From: an uncultured Gemmatimonadales bacterium
GTDB taxonomy: Bacteria > Gemmatimonadota > Gemmatimonadetes > Gemmatimonadales > GWC2-71-9
Direction: 5' to 3'
Length of the DNA stretch: 64,000 bases
Assembly: GCA_963828735.1 (NCBI GenBank)
Contig: CAWHFW010000003.1
Location: 32,001 to 96,000, forward strand
Both the position numbers and the translations under genes were made by a program. The notes beneath the pieces are model-generated. The model did no database searches. It saw only the letters and a list, made by a program, of their open reading frames with translations, and was not told where the DNA came from. Shown piece by piece: positions 30,712 to 40,972 of this stretch (its first letter is position 1; each line of letters starts with the position of its first letter).

Positions 30712-31527
30712 ATGACCCAGCTCCCACCGTTCGTCGATCTCCACAACCATCTCGTTCCCGGCGTTGACGATGGCGCGGCCACGGTGGCCGAATCGCTGGA
30801 CGCGCTCCGCGCTCTCCACGCCGAGGGAGTACGAACCCTCGTCGCCACGCCCCATCTGCTCGTCCCGCGCCTCGAGACCGATCTGGCCATCGCCCGCGAG
30901 CTCGATCTGCAGCGGCGGGCGTTCGATCGCCTGGCGAATGCGGTCGCGCGCGAGCGGGATCTGCCGGCGCTCGGGCTGGGTCAGGAGATCTGGGCCCCGG
31001 ACGTAGCTGCCATCCGCCGCATCCTGGGACGACCCGACGTCGGACTGGATGGGTCCCGCGCGCTGCTGGTGGAATTCGGGTTTGACCTGACGGGGACCCA
31101 CGATGATGTCGTCCGCGCCACGATCGCCGGCGGACATCGCATGGTGATCGCTCACCCCGAGCGGTACCGCTTTCCCGACGGCCTCGACGCACTCGACGTC
31201 ATGCGGCACTGGCGGGAGCTCGGCGCCTTCCTGCAGGTGAACGTCGGCAGCTTCACCGGTCACTACCGGGATCACCGCCCGGAGTCGGAGTCGCTCGCGT
31301 GGGCGCTGGTGCAGGAGGGGATGGTGGACATCATCGGGAGCGACCACCATGGGCCGCGGCGTGCGGGCGTATGGCCGCTCGAGGCGTTCGAAGCCCTGTG
31401 CGCGGAAAACGAACGGGCAGCGGCGGTGCGTGCGATGGTGGAGCGGCCGGCGGCTGTGCTGCGGGACGAGCCGGTCGAGGAGACCGGCGCGTCGGTTCCC
31501 GTCAGGAGGCGATCGGCAGGCGCGTAG
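30712..31527 (+). CDS. PHP-family tyrosine phosphatase (CpsB/CapC-like)
   Basis: DLHNHLVPGVDDG, ATPH, AHPER, GSDHH. Confidence 0.9.
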   Translation: MTQLPPFVDLHNHLVPGVDDGAATVAESLDALRALHAEGVRTLVATPHLLVPRLETDLAIARELDLQRRAFDRLANAVARERDLPALGLGQEIWAPDVAAIRRILGRPDVGLDGSRALLVEFGFDLTGTHDDVVRATIAGGHRMVIAHPERYRFPDGLDALDVMRHWRELGAFLQVNVGSFTGHYRDHRPESESLAWALVQEGMVDIIGSDHHGPRRAGVWPLEAFEALCAENERAAAVRAMVERPAAVLRDEPVEETGASVPVRRRSAGA

Positions 31528-32827
31528 CGCCGATCGCCTGGAGCAGGTAGCTCATCGGACCGGGGTGATCCGCGGCACCCGCCACCTTCGCGGAATCCAT
31601 CGTCACCATGATCTGCTCGCGCAACGCCATGTACTCGCGCGCCGCCGCCGGATCCTCGAACCGGATGGTGTTCTTCGTGACCGCGTAGGTCCCGGCCTGA
31701 GCGTCCAGCACGCCGAGGAGGCTGTCGATCCCCTCGATCAGCGACGCCGTGAGCGTGGCCACCGCCGGTGACTCGGCGCGGACCGGCTTGGCGTACCACA
31801 TCTTGAGCTCCGCCGGCGTCCATCCGCGTGCCTTCGACGTCGCCTGGAACGATTCCTGGTACTGGCGCTCGATCGCGGCCTGCTGCAGCCGGTAGATCCG
31901 CACGAAGTTGGCGACGCCCGCGAGGCTCATCCGGGTCTCGGTGACGCCACCACCCGGGGTCAGCCGCGACGACGCGAACAGCTGGCTGAGCCGGGCCACG
32001 CGTACCCCGCTCTCGAGGCGCGCGAGCGCGGAGTCGTGCGCCGCGGTCCAGCGCGCGACGAACGAGCGGATCGTCGGCGCGCCTCCGTCGGGCGCCGGGG
32101 CCGGCGTGGAAGCGGTGGTCGTGGCCGCGACGGCCTTGAGCAGCCCGCTCGTCCGAATGCGCGGCGCCGTGGGCAGCAGGAACGCGGACTTGGCCGGGGT
32201 GGCCGCGGCGGCTGGCGCCGGGACCGTCGCCCCCTCGGTCGAGCTGGTCGAGGGAGCATAGCCGGGGGTGCGGTCGGTCCAGCGTTCGCCGCTGTTCGCC
32301 AGGGAGATCGTGGGTGCAGACGCCTGGGACGCGGATCCGGCGGGCATGGCCGGCGGCATTGCCAGCGGCGCCACGACGTTTGCCTGCGTGGCGGTGGGCT
32401 CGTGAGCGGCCCAAGGCGGCTTCTGCCCGGCCGCGGCCAGTTGCAGGCCGAGGATCAGCAACCCGCCCGTGATGCTGAGCGCGAGCGGACGTCGCCAGGG
32501 ATGGTCGGAATCGGTCGAGTTGGGCTTGCCGTCGCCGCCGTCAGCCTGATCGTCCGGCGAGGGATCGTTGGCGCCTGCCAGCGAGTCGGCCGAGTCGTTG
32601 AAGAAGGTCCAGGTGCTCCGCTCGAGCGGCGGCAGCGGTGGTGGCGCTGGGCGTTCCGAGACGATCGCCTTGTACTGTGGGTGCAGCGTCACCGAGATCC
32701 ACTTCGACGTCGCGCGATGATAGATCCGCGAGTGCACGTCCACGTCACCCTTCCGGATGGCCGCGGCCAGGTCCTCTGTCGTTCTGTACAGCTCTTCCTT
32801 GCCGGGGCGCAGCTCGACGAGGTACAT
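31502..32827 (-). CDS. Hypothetical single-pass membrane protein
   Basis: Small N-terminal domain, TM helix, Ala/Pro linker, helical C-terminal domain. Confidence 0.75.
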   Translation of the reverse strand: MYLVELRPGKEELYRTTEDLAAAIRKGDVDVHSRIYHRATSKWISVTLHPQYKAIVSERPAPPPLPPLERSTWTFFNDSADSLAGANDPSPDDQADGGDGKPNSTDSDHPWRRPLALSITGGLLILGLQLAAAGQKPPWAAHEPTATQANVVAPLAMPPAMPAGSASQASAPTISLANSGERWTDRTPGYAPSTSSTEGATVPAPAAAATPAKSAFLLPTAPRIRTSGLLKAVAATTTASTPAPAPDGGAPTIRSFVARWTAAHDSALARLESGVRVARLSQLFASSRLTPGGGVTETRMSLAGVANFVRIYRLQQAAIERQYQESFQATSKARGWTPAELKMWYAKPVRAESPAVATLTASLIEGIDSLLGVLDAQAGTYAVTKNTIRFEDPAAAREYMALREQIMVTMDSAKVAGAADHPGPMSYLLQAIGATRLPIAS

Positions 32828-33236
32828 GACGGCACTCGATTCCGTTCGTGGGCCCTGGGCCCGGGGTGAACGCGAACAGCATGCAACCGATGATGGGGAG
32901 GACCTGCCGATCTACGGGGTCCAAATAGGCCAGAACCGTGCTCTCGGCATAGGTGAGCAATTGCTCAGCGCCAGGGCGACCTGATGGCATGATTTATCCC
33001 TTTGTGGTTCAATGGCTTACCGCGTACTACCCTGGGCTGGCCAACCCCAGAAGGGTCGGGTCGTTCCACACCCCGACCCTCCGGCTCCGGGTGCGTTTTT
33101 CGGGAAGCGGTGGTGGAATGCAAGATGTTTCGCTCCAACCCGGGATTGATTAGAGTGCGAAGGTTCCCGCGCCGGGCACGCCCGGACTCGGTTGACGAAC
33201 CCACGCGCCGGCTCGGCGTCGCCGGTTGGAGGTTGC

Positions 33237-33799
33237 ATGAGCTCTGATGATCGCAGGTCCAGTCGGGGGGGCGCATCGGCGCCGCCTTCGTGGCCACCGT
33301 GCTCGGCGTCGGGGTCGGGCTGCTCGCCGCCCCTCAGGCAGGCAGCGACACTCGGCGTTTGCTGCGGCGACGTCTCATCGCCGCGCGGATGGGGCTCGGG
33401 AGCGGCATGGATGATCTCGAGGAGCGCAGCCGGCCGATCCGCCGGGCGGTCCGCGCGCGGGCGGAGGAGTTGCGCCGCCGCGGTCGCGAGCGCTACGAGC
33501 AGGCGCTGGAGGACCTCGAGGAGGACATGGAAGATCTCGACGAGGAGGAAGAGGAGGGCTCGCGTGGCATCGGCACCGTGGTGACTCTGGGTGCCGGCAT
33601 CGCCGCGATCGCGTATCTCCTCACCAGCGAGCGTGCCGCGCCCACCCGCGAGCGGGTGCGTGAGGCCGCCGCGACCGTGCGCGACGAGGCCGAAGCGCGT
33701 TGGGAGCGCTTCCGGGAGCGCCGCGGCAACGGGCATCGCTTTGCCGAGCGAGGCACGCGGATCGACCCGGCAGGATCGCCGCCGCCGCCGTCCGCCTGA
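33237..33799 (+). CDS. YtxH-like protein; probable missing base in G7 run 33265-33271
   Basis: GGAGG RBS + ATG 33237 is out of frame with GVGVGLLAAPQAGSDTR (YtxH motif) unless one G is added. Confidence 0.7.
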
Positions 33800-35850
33800 A
33801 GCTTTCCCTGCCCTCCGGGCGCCGCGTCCTCATCGCGGCGCTCGCGTTGCTGTCACTGCTGTTCATCGCCGCAGGTGGATGGACCGTCACCTGCGGCTTT
33901 ACCGGTTGCCCATCCACCGCCGACATCCAGACGTTCCGCCCGAGCCAGGGCGGCCGCGTGCTCGACCGCGGCGGCGTGGCGCTCGGCCGCCTGACCTATG
34001 TCCGGCGGGTGAACGTGCCGCTCGCGCGAGTGCCCCGCCACGTGCGCGCGGCCTTCATCGCCGTCGAGGACCGACGCTTCTACTACCACCACGGCGTGGA
34101 CTGGCGGAGCGCCGCGCGGGCGCTCGTGCGCAACATCGCCCGCGCGGACGTCAGCGAGGGCTTCAGCACCATCACCATGCAGGTGGTGCGGAACGCCTTC
34201 GTTCCGCAGCTCGCCCAGCGGCGCACGCTGCGCCGCAAGCTGATCGAGATCTACCTCGCCTACCGGCTGGAGCGCTCCCTCACCAAGCAGCAGATCCTCG
34301 CGCTCTACCTCAACGTGATCTACCTCGGCAATGGCGCCTACGGCGTCGAAGCGGCGAGCCGCGACCTGTTCGGCAAGGACGTGGATCGGCTCACCGTGGC
34401 CGAGGGCGCGACGCTGGCGGCGCTGGCGCGTGGACCGTCGGTCTACGCCCCGCGGCGGCATCCCGACCGCGCCGTGGCGCGCCGCAACCTCGTGCTCGGC
34501 GTGATGGCGCGCGAGCACTATCTGACCGACTCGCTCGCGGCGCGCGCCGCTCGCGGGCCGCTCCGGCTCGCGCCCTCCGAGTGGCGGCCGCGCGAGGACC
34601 GCTCGTTCGCGATCGACCCGGTGCGTGCCGTGGTCGACTCGGTGCTCGGCGACGACCAGCAGGGCGACCTGATCGTCTACACCACGCTCGACGCGCGGGC
34701 GCAGCGCTCGGCCGAGAGCGCCGTGCGCCGCCAGGCCGACGCGATCGACCGCATGGCGGGCACCGCGAGGGGCCGCGATACGCTGCAGGGCGCGCTGGTC
34801 GCGCTCGATCCGCGGAATGGCGAGATTCGCGCCCTGGTGGGCGCGCGCCGCTACGTCCCCGGCGGGTTCAATCGCGCGCTCGTCGCGCGGCGGCAACCGG
34901 GCTCCGCCTTCAAGCCGTTCGTCTACGCCGCGGCCCTGGCGAGGGGGCTCACGCCGGCCGCGGTCGTGATGGACACGCCGGTCGAGATCGCCGAGCGCGA
35001 CGGCGTGTGGCGTCCGGTCAACTTCGACGGGCGCTATGCGGGCCCCCTGACGCTGCGCCGCGCGCTCATGCGCTCGGCCAACGCGGCGACCGTCCGATTG
35101 GGCGAGGCCGTTGGCGAGCGGCGGGTCGCAGCCCTCGCCCATCGCGCGGGCATCCGGAGCCCGCTCGCCGCGGTGCCGTCGCTCGCGCTGGGCGCCGGCG
35201 AGGTCACGCCGCTCGAGCTGGTCGCCGCGTATGCCCCGTTCGCCAACGGTGGCGTCCAGGTCACGCCCTCGCTCGTGCGCCGCATCGAGGCGGGCGACGG
35301 CACCGTGCTCTGGCGCGCGCCCGCGCGGAAGGCCGAGCGCGTGCTCGGCGAGGCCGAGGCGTTCCAGCTTACGTCCATGCTGGAGTCGGTGGTGGACGGG
35401 GGCACCGGACGCGCGCTCCGCGATCTCGGCGTTCGCGGGGTGGTGGCGGGCAAGACCGGCACGACCAACGACGGCACCAACGTGTGGTTCGTCGGCTACA
35501 CGCCCACCGTGGTGGCGGCGGTCTGGTTCGGGTACGACGCGCCGAAACCGATCGCGCCCTCGGCCTCGGGCGGCCGCCTCGCGGCGCCCGCGTGGGCGGC
35601 GTTCTACCTGGACGGCTGGTTCGAGCGCGAGCCGGCCGACTGGGCGCGGCCCGCCGGACTCGTGAGCCGCACGATCGACTCGTTCAACGGCGACCTCGCG
35701 AACGAGTGGTGCCCCGTCACCCAGCGCGAGTGGTTTCGCGCCGGGACCGAGCCCACCCATGCCTGCTCCGAGCACAAGGCGCCGTTCGGCGACCGGCTGG
35801 CGGAGTTCGGCCGGAAGATCGGGCGGGCGTTGAAGGACTTGTTCAAGTAG
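33796..35850 (+). CDS. Class A penicillin-binding protein (transglycosylase/transpeptidase); start uncertain
   Basis: EDRRF, GFSTITMQ, RKLIE, YLN.IYLG; SAFK, SAN, KTG. Confidence 0.93.
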   Translation: MKLSLPSGRRVLIAALALLSLLFIAAGGWTVTCGFTGCPSTADIQTFRPSQGGRVLDRGGVALGRLTYVRRVNVPLARVPRHVRAAFIAVEDRRFYYHHGVDWRSAARALVRNIARADVSEGFSTITMQVVRNAFVPQLAQRRTLRRKLIEIYLAYRLERSLTKQQILALYLNVIYLGNGAYGVEAASRDLFGKDVDRLTVAEGATLAALARGPSVYAPRRHPDRAVARRNLVLGVMAREHYLTDSLAARAARGPLRLAPSEWRPREDRSFAIDPVRAVVDSVLGDDQQGDLIVYTTLDARAQRSAESAVRRQADAIDRMAGTARGRDTLQGALVALDPRNGEIRALVGARRYVPGGFNRALVARRQPGSAFKPFVYAAALARGLTPAAVVMDTPVEIAERDGVWRPVNFDGRYAGPLTLRRALMRSANAATVRLGEAVGERRVAALAHRAGIRSPLAAVPSLALGAGEVTPLELVAAYAPFANGGVQVTPSLVRRIEAGDGTVLWRAPARKAERVLGEAEAFQLTSMLESVVDGGTGRALRDLGVRGVVAGKTGTTNDGTNVWFVGYTPTVVAAVWFGYDAPKPIAPSASGGRLAAPAWAAFYLDGWFEREPADWARPAGLVSRTIDSFNGDLANEWCPVTQREWFRAGTEPTHACSEHKAPFGDRLAEFGRKIGRALKDLFK

Positions 35851-35949
35851 GGCGGTTGGACGAGCGGCGAGCGGATGGGTGGGTGAGTGGTGAGTGGGTG
35901 AGTGGGTGAGGTCAGGCAGGAACCAGCCCCGGGGACCCGAAAGAAACGA

Positions 35950-36672
35950 CTACTCCGCCCGAGCCTCCCAACCCATCCCCGCCGGATACGCCAGCAGGTC
36001 CCGCCGGACCTGACTCGCCGCTCGGATCACCTTGGACGGATAGCGATGACAGTTGGGCGTGTTCGCGCTCACGACGCAGCCGTTGTAGCGCAGCAGCGCC
36101 CGGTGGATGTTGCCGGTCCGCTTGAGGTACTGACCGAACACCCGCGCGCCGTGGCAGATGTTGGACTCCACGTCGAGCAGGTCGTCCGATGCGCAATCGA
36201 ACGTGCCCGCGTGGAAGTGCATCACCTGCATCAGACCGATCGCGCCCTGACTGCTGACCGTTCCGGTCTCGAGCTGCGGGTTCTCCGTGAGCAGCACGCC
36301 CGTGAGCAGGCTCGGCGCGACCTTGAGCCGGCCGGCTTCCTTCACGATCGCGCGCGCGATGCGGATCGCGGTGACCGGATCGCCGTTGCGCCGGCCGAGC
36401 AGGCGCGCGAGCGGGCGATAGTTGTAGCGGAACACGACATCCCGCTCCAATGCCGCGCTGTCCACGGGCCGACCGACCGGCCTGAGCTTCGGCGCACGGA
36501 GGCTCGGGGCTCCTGCCACGACCAGGGCGGAAAGCGGGGGCGTACCCACCGCGCCCGACGGGGTGAACTCGAGGGCGGCGACGAGCGAGGTGACCGCCAG
36601 CGCCACCAGGAACGGCCGGCGGGGCATGCGATTCTGGCGTACCTCGTTGGGAGGCGGCGATTTGGCGTTCAT
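35950..36672 (-). CDS. Lytic transglycosylase (SLT domain)
   Basis: TEN catalytic Glu, SSQGAIGLMQV, ALLRYNG; N-terminal TM/signal. Confidence 0.88.
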   Translation of the reverse strand: MNAKSPPPNEVRQNRMPRRPFLVALAVTSLVAALEFTPSGAVGTPPLSALVVAGAPSLRAPKLRPVGRPVDSAALERDVVFRYNYRPLARLLGRRNGDPVTAIRIARAIVKEAGRLKVAPSLLTGVLLTENPQLETGTVSSQGAIGLMQVMHFHAGTFDCASDDLLDVESNICHGARVFGQYLKRTGNIHRALLRYNGCVVSANTPNCHRYPSKVIRAASQVRRDLLAYPAGMGWEARAE

Positions 36673-36816
36673 GCGTCGCTCCCTGCGCGCGTGGTGGGCA
36701 TTCCGGGGGTTCCGGGGCCGCCTCTGCAAGAACCGCGCACACCGTCGCACTCACCTCGACGCGGTTCACGCCGGCCGATACGTTTGGCACATACCTCCTC
36801 CCCATGAGAGGCAGTC

Positions 36817-37938
36817 ATGCCATCCTGGCACCGGCTCGGCACCGAGGCAGAGCTGACCGCGCGAGTCCCCTTCTCCGTCAAGGTCGAGCGGCATCGTATC
36901 GCGATCTTCCAGCACGACGGCCGCTTCCGCGCGATCTCCGACATCTGCAACCACCGCGGCGGCCCACTTTCCGATGGACGCCTGCACGGCGAGTTCGTCA
37001 TGTGTCCGTGGCACGCGTGGGAGTACAGCGTCATCACCGGGAAAGGGCCGGAAGGCTACGACGAAGAGCAGGTCCCGGTGTACCGCCTCGAGACGCGCGA
37101 CGACGGCGTCTACGTCGAGCTGCCGCCGGTCATGCCGCGAAGGCTCCTCAAGCACAAGCCTTCGCACCTGCTGGAACCGCATCCCAAGCCGGCGGACGCA
37201 CCGCCGCGCGTGCTCGGCATCTCCACGACCGGCATGGACGCGGTCAATCCGCGCTTCTCGACGTCCGACTGCCTGTTGGAGCACGCCGTCGGGCATCTCG
37301 GCGCGCAGGGCGCTGACACCAGCGTGATCCGGCTCCGAGAGCTCACCTTTCGCCACTGCGAGGGCAATTACTCCAAGGCGTCACACGCGTGCACCTGGCC
37401 ATGCGCCATCACCGAGCGAGACCCGACCGACGAGCTCACGCCGGTCTACGAGGGCCTGGTGCACTGGGCCGACGTCGTGCTCATCGCCACTCCGATTCGC
37501 TGGGGCAACGCCTCCTCGCTCTACTTCAAGATGGTCGAGCGGCTCAACTGCATTCAGAACCAGCTCACGATTCACAACCGCCGGCTCATCATGAACAAGG
37601 TGGCCGCGCTCATCATCACCGGCGGCCAGGACAACATCCAGGCGGTCGCGGGCGGGATGCTGACATTCTGGTCCGAGCTCGGCTTCGTCTTTCCCGTGTT
37701 CCCGTTCATCGCCCACTCGCGCGGGTGGGACGCGGAGGACATGCAGAACAACGTGCGGCAGGTGAGAGAGAGCGAGCCTCTCCGCACGGCCGCCGCGGAG
37801 CTCGGCGAGCGCGCGCTCGGCACCTGGCGCGTGCTGGACCGCCATCGCGCCGAGATGGAGGGGCCGATGGGGCGCGCCGGGCGGAAGGCCAACTCGGTCG
37901 CGCCGGAGCCCGAAGCCGAAGCGGAGGCCGCGCCGTGA
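36817..37938 (+). CDS. Rieske ferredoxin fused to flavodoxin-like/NADPH-FMN reductase domain
   Basis: CNHRGG..CPWH; RFSTS, ADVVLIATPIRWG..SS, NKVAALIITG. Confidence 0.85.
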   Translation: MPSWHRLGTEAELTARVPFSVKVERHRIAIFQHDGRFRAISDICNHRGGPLSDGRLHGEFVMCPWHAWEYSVITGKGPEGYDEEQVPVYRLETRDDGVYVELPPVMPRRLLKHKPSHLLEPHPKPADAPPRVLGISTTGMDAVNPRFSTSDCLLEHAVGHLGAQGADTSVIRLRELTFRHCEGNYSKASHACTWPCAITERDPTDELTPVYEGLVHWADVVLIATPIRWGNASSLYFKMVERLNCIQNQLTIHNRRLIMNKVAALIITGGQDNIQAVAGGMLTFWSELGFVFPVFPFIAHSRGWDAEDMQNNVRQVRESEPLRTAAAELGERALGTWRVLDRHRAEMEGPMGRAGRKANSVAPEPEAEAEAAP

Positions 37939-38372
37939 GCGACCGCATGCGCATCGCCCGCGCCTACGAGGCGTCGCTCTTCGCCGGACGCATGGACGAG
38001 GTGAGCGCGGCCTTCACCGACGACGTCGTGTACTGGGTGGCGGGCGATCCGCCGATCGGCGGCGAATGGCGCGGACGGCAGGCCGTGCTTCGCGCGATGA
38101 CCGAGCGCGAGCCTGGTCTCGGCGCGGCCGACTGGGGGTACGAGGACGTGTGGCGGGAATGGTACGAGGCCGACGAGCGGATCATCGTCGAGATCCGCGA
38201 GCGGAGCTGGCTGCGCTCGGCGCCCGCGGACGTCATGGATCAACGGACCTGCGTGGTGCTCCGATTCCGCGGCGACCGCATCTGCGAGCTGCGGGACTAC
38301 ACCGACGCCGCGCTGTACGAGCGCTTCCTCCAACGGCACCGGAGCGAGCTGCCCAAGTTCACCCCGCGCTGA
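37935..38372 (+). CDS. NTF2/SnoaL-like protein
   Basis: GTGA overlap; FTDDVVYW..G.W.G, RI.E.RDYTD. Confidence 0.82.
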   Translation: MSDRMRIARAYEASLFAGRMDEVSAAFTDDVVYWVAGDPPIGGEWRGRQAVLRAMTEREPGLGAADWGYEDVWREWYEADERIIVEIRERSWLRSAPADVMDQRTCVVLRFRGDRICELRDYTDAALYERFLQRHRSELPKFTPR

Positions 38373-39252
38373 GCGTTCTGAGCAGCGCGACCATCTTCGC
38401 GTCCCAGGGGTCCGCCGTGGCGTCGTCCTCCGGCGCCTCGGGACGTGACTGCGGCGTCTCCAGAATCAGCGGGACGCCTTCGCTTCGCGGGTCGCGGAGC
38501 AGCCATCCGAACGCGGCCGTCCCGATCTTCCCTTCCCCGATCAGCATGTGGCGATCCCGATTGGATCCGAGCGCGCCTTCGCTGTCGTTCAAATGGAAGA
38601 ACGCCGGCGGCTCGCCGGCCGCCGCCTGGAACTCGTCCAGAATCCGGGCGAGCGCCGCCTCGGACTTGGTGATGTCGTGCCCGGCCGAAAAGAGGTGACA
38701 GGTGTCGAGGCCGTAGCCGGTGCGCCTCCGCAGGGGCTCCGGGATCGCGGCCAGGATGGCGCCCACCTCATCCGGGGTCCGACCGATGGTCATCCCGGCG
38801 CCCGCCGTGTTCTCGACGAGGAGACGCGTTCCAGCTGGCACCCGCTCGAGCGCCTGCGTCATCGCGCGCGCGACGCGGATCACGGCCGCGAGCCGATCCC
38901 CGTCCACCGCCGCCCCGGGATGAAAGCAGACGCCGCCCGCGCCGACCGCCGAGGAGCGCTCGAGCTCCTTCGCGAGCCCCGCGGCCGCACGGCTCCACTT
39001 CTCGTCGTCGTCGCTCGCGGTGTTGAGGACGTACGCGGCGTGGACGATCACGCGCTCAGGCGCGATGCCGGTTTCGGCGAGCGCCGCCCGGAAGCGGGCG
39101 ACGCGCTCGGGGCGGATGGAGGACTTGTCGCCGTAGTACTTGGGGATGGCCGTGAAGATCTGGAGGGCCGTCCCGCCGGCGGCGGCGGAGCGTCGCGCCG
39201 CCATGTCGATGCCGCCGGCGTCTACGGCGTGGATGCCGAAGTGATGGGTCAT
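38359..39252 (-). CDS. nfo: Endonuclease IV
   Basis: HAAYVLN, HPG, ENTAG, DTCHLF, HLNDS, DRH..IGEG.IG, ILETP. Confidence 0.93.
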   Translation of the reverse strand: MTHHFGIHAVDAGGIDMAARRSAAAGGTALQIFTAIPKYYGDKSSIRPERVARFRAALAETGIAPERVIVHAAYVLNTASDDDEKWSRAAAGLAKELERSSAVGAGGVCFHPGAAVDGDRLAAVIRVARAMTQALERVPAGTRLLVENTAGAGMTIGRTPDEVGAILAAIPEPLRRRTGYGLDTCHLFSAGHDITKSEAALARILDEFQAAAGEPPAFFHLNDSEGALGSNRDRHMLIGEGKIGTAAFGWLLRDPRSEGVPLILETPQSRPEAPEDDATADPWDAKMVALLRTLSAG

Positions 39253-39335
39253 GCGGCCCTCCCAGCAAGGGGCATGCGCCGCGAAGCGCATGCCCCTCGT
39301 ACGTCCTGCCGGCCCCCGCGACGGGAACGGACGAG

Positions 39336-40301
39336 CTACTGCCCGCTCGCGGCCGCCTGCGCCTGATAGAGCTCGAGCCGGCGCCTGGCGTTCTCCTGAT
39401 CGCGCGAGGCCACGTCCTTCGCGGCCTCGGCCCGCGCCTGCTGGGCCTGAAGCGTCCGCAGCTCGAGCTCCCGGATGACCGAGTCGTGGCGGAGCAGCGC
39501 GGTCGGATCTCCGGCGCTCCGGGCCCGCTCGTCGCGCCGGGCCGCGAGCTGGAGCTCCATCTGGAGCGCCTGCTGGCTCGCCAGCGCGAACTTCTTCGCG
39601 GCCTTGGCCTGCTCCTGCTCGGCGGCATACAGCGCTTCGCGGCGCTCGAGGAACGCCCGCTGCCGCTCGACCACCGTCTTCTCGGCGGTCAGGGCCGCCT
39701 TGTCCGCGTCCTGCTTCTGCTTGCCAGCCAGCTTGATGCGGCTGTCCAGGCTGGAGACCTCCTGCTTCTTCCCTTCGAGCAGCGCCTTCGTCTGGGCACG
39801 CTGCGAGTTGGTCTCGATGATCCGCGCGTCGATCTGATGCTCGGCGGCGATGGCCAGATCGAGCTCACCCTTGATCCGGTCGGCGCTCCGGGCCGGGATG
39901 ACGTCCACGAAGCCCAGCGCTTCGGCGACGCTCTTGCCGGCTGTCGGGGACGCAGGCAGCACGGGTGCAACGGCGGCCGGGGCCGGCGCTGCCGCGGGAG
40001 CGGGCGCAGCGGCCGGAGCGGCGGCCGGCGGCGTGGGAGCCGGCGCGGCGACTGCGGCCGGGGCCGGCGCGGCGGGGGCCACGGCGGGTGCTGCGGCCGG
40101 GGCCGGGGCCGCTACCGGTGCAGCTGCCGGCGCGACCGGCGGAGTGGCGGCGGGCATCGCCACCGGCACGACGGCCGCCGGGGCGGCGGCTGCCGGTGCG
40201 TATCCTTGCGCGGCGGTGTCGGTCGCCTGCTGGGCCGCCACCGGGGCTGCCATCAGGGCCGCCACGACGGCGAAGGCAAGAACCACACGAGGAACGGTCA
40301 C
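39336..40301 (-). CDS. Exported hypothetical protein, Ala/Pro linker plus coiled coil
   Basis: GGAGG RBS + GTG, signal peptide, ~80 aa AP-rich tract, helical C-terminus. Confidence 0.72.
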   Translation of the reverse strand: MTVPRVVLAFAVVAALMAAPVAAQQATDTAAQGYAPAAAAPAAVVPVAMPAATPPVAPAAAPVAAPAPAAAPAVAPAAPAPAAVAAPAPTPPAAAPAAAPAPAAAPAPAAVAPVLPASPTAGKSVAEALGFVDVIPARSADRIKGELDLAIAAEHQIDARIIETNSQRAQTKALLEGKKQEVSSLDSRIKLAGKQKQDADKAALTAEKTVVERQRAFLERREALYAAEQEQAKAAKKFALASQQALQMELQLAARRDERARSAGDPTALLRHDSVIRELELRTLQAQQARAEAAKDVASRDQENARRRLELYQAQAAASGQ

Positions 40302-40393
40302 AGGCTCAACCTCCACGAAGCGAGTATGGTCCGTCACGCTGCAGGGGCCGCCAACTTACCGCCAATTCTGACGACTCGTAATACCCCCGCGCC

Positions 40394-40963
40394 TCACGCG
40401 TCCACCCACCGCGTCACCTCGCCTGCCGGCCGCCGCCGGTGCGGCGCTTCCTCGGCAGCCGGATACCCCACGCTCACTACGCCCACGATCCGGAAACCGG
40501 CCTCCAGACCAACCAGCGACGCGACATCCGGGTCCCGCATGATCCCGCCGGTCTTCAGGTAAGTGCCCAGGCCGAGTGACTCTGCGGCGATGATGAAATT
40601 TGCAGTCGCCATCATCGTGGCAGCGTAGTCCTCCTCACGGGTAAGCTCGTCAGGGTGGATCGCGCACATCACGACCAGGAAGACCGGCGTCTCTTCGGTC
40701 TCCCGTCGCACCTTGTCGGCCCCGGCACGGGCTTCCTCGCTTTCGGGGTCCGCGTAGCGCTTGAGGCGGTGTCGGGCTCGCAGCGCGGCGAAGCGGGTCC
40801 GCGACGCTCCGGTCAGCACGGCGAATCGCCACGGCTCAGTGAGCTTGTGGTTGGGGGCTCGGACTGCGCACTCGAGCAGGGTCTCGATGGTCTCACGGGG
40901 AACCGGGTCGGGACGAAAACGGCGGACCGAGGTCCGCCGTCGTATCGCGGTGATGGCGTCCAT
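40394..40963 (-). CDS. Nitroreductase family (YdjA-like)
   Basis: RRTSVRRF, APNHKLTEPWRF, SLGLG. Confidence 0.92.
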   Translation of the reverse strand: MDAITAIRRRTSVRRFRPDPVPRETIETLLECAVRAPNHKLTEPWRFAVLTGASRTRFAALRARHRLKRYADPESEEARAGADKVRRETEETPVFLVVMCAIHPDELTREEDYAATMMATANFIIAAESLGLGTYLKTGGIMRDPDVASLVGLEAGFRIVGVVSVGYPAAEEAPHRRRPAGEVTRWVDA

Positions 40964-40972
40964 CCGGGGAAT

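Noticed and set aside
30712..31527. Capsule locus implied by the CpsB-like phosphatase
   Set aside because: No BY-kinase, Wzz, Wzy or glycosyltransferase genes in the window
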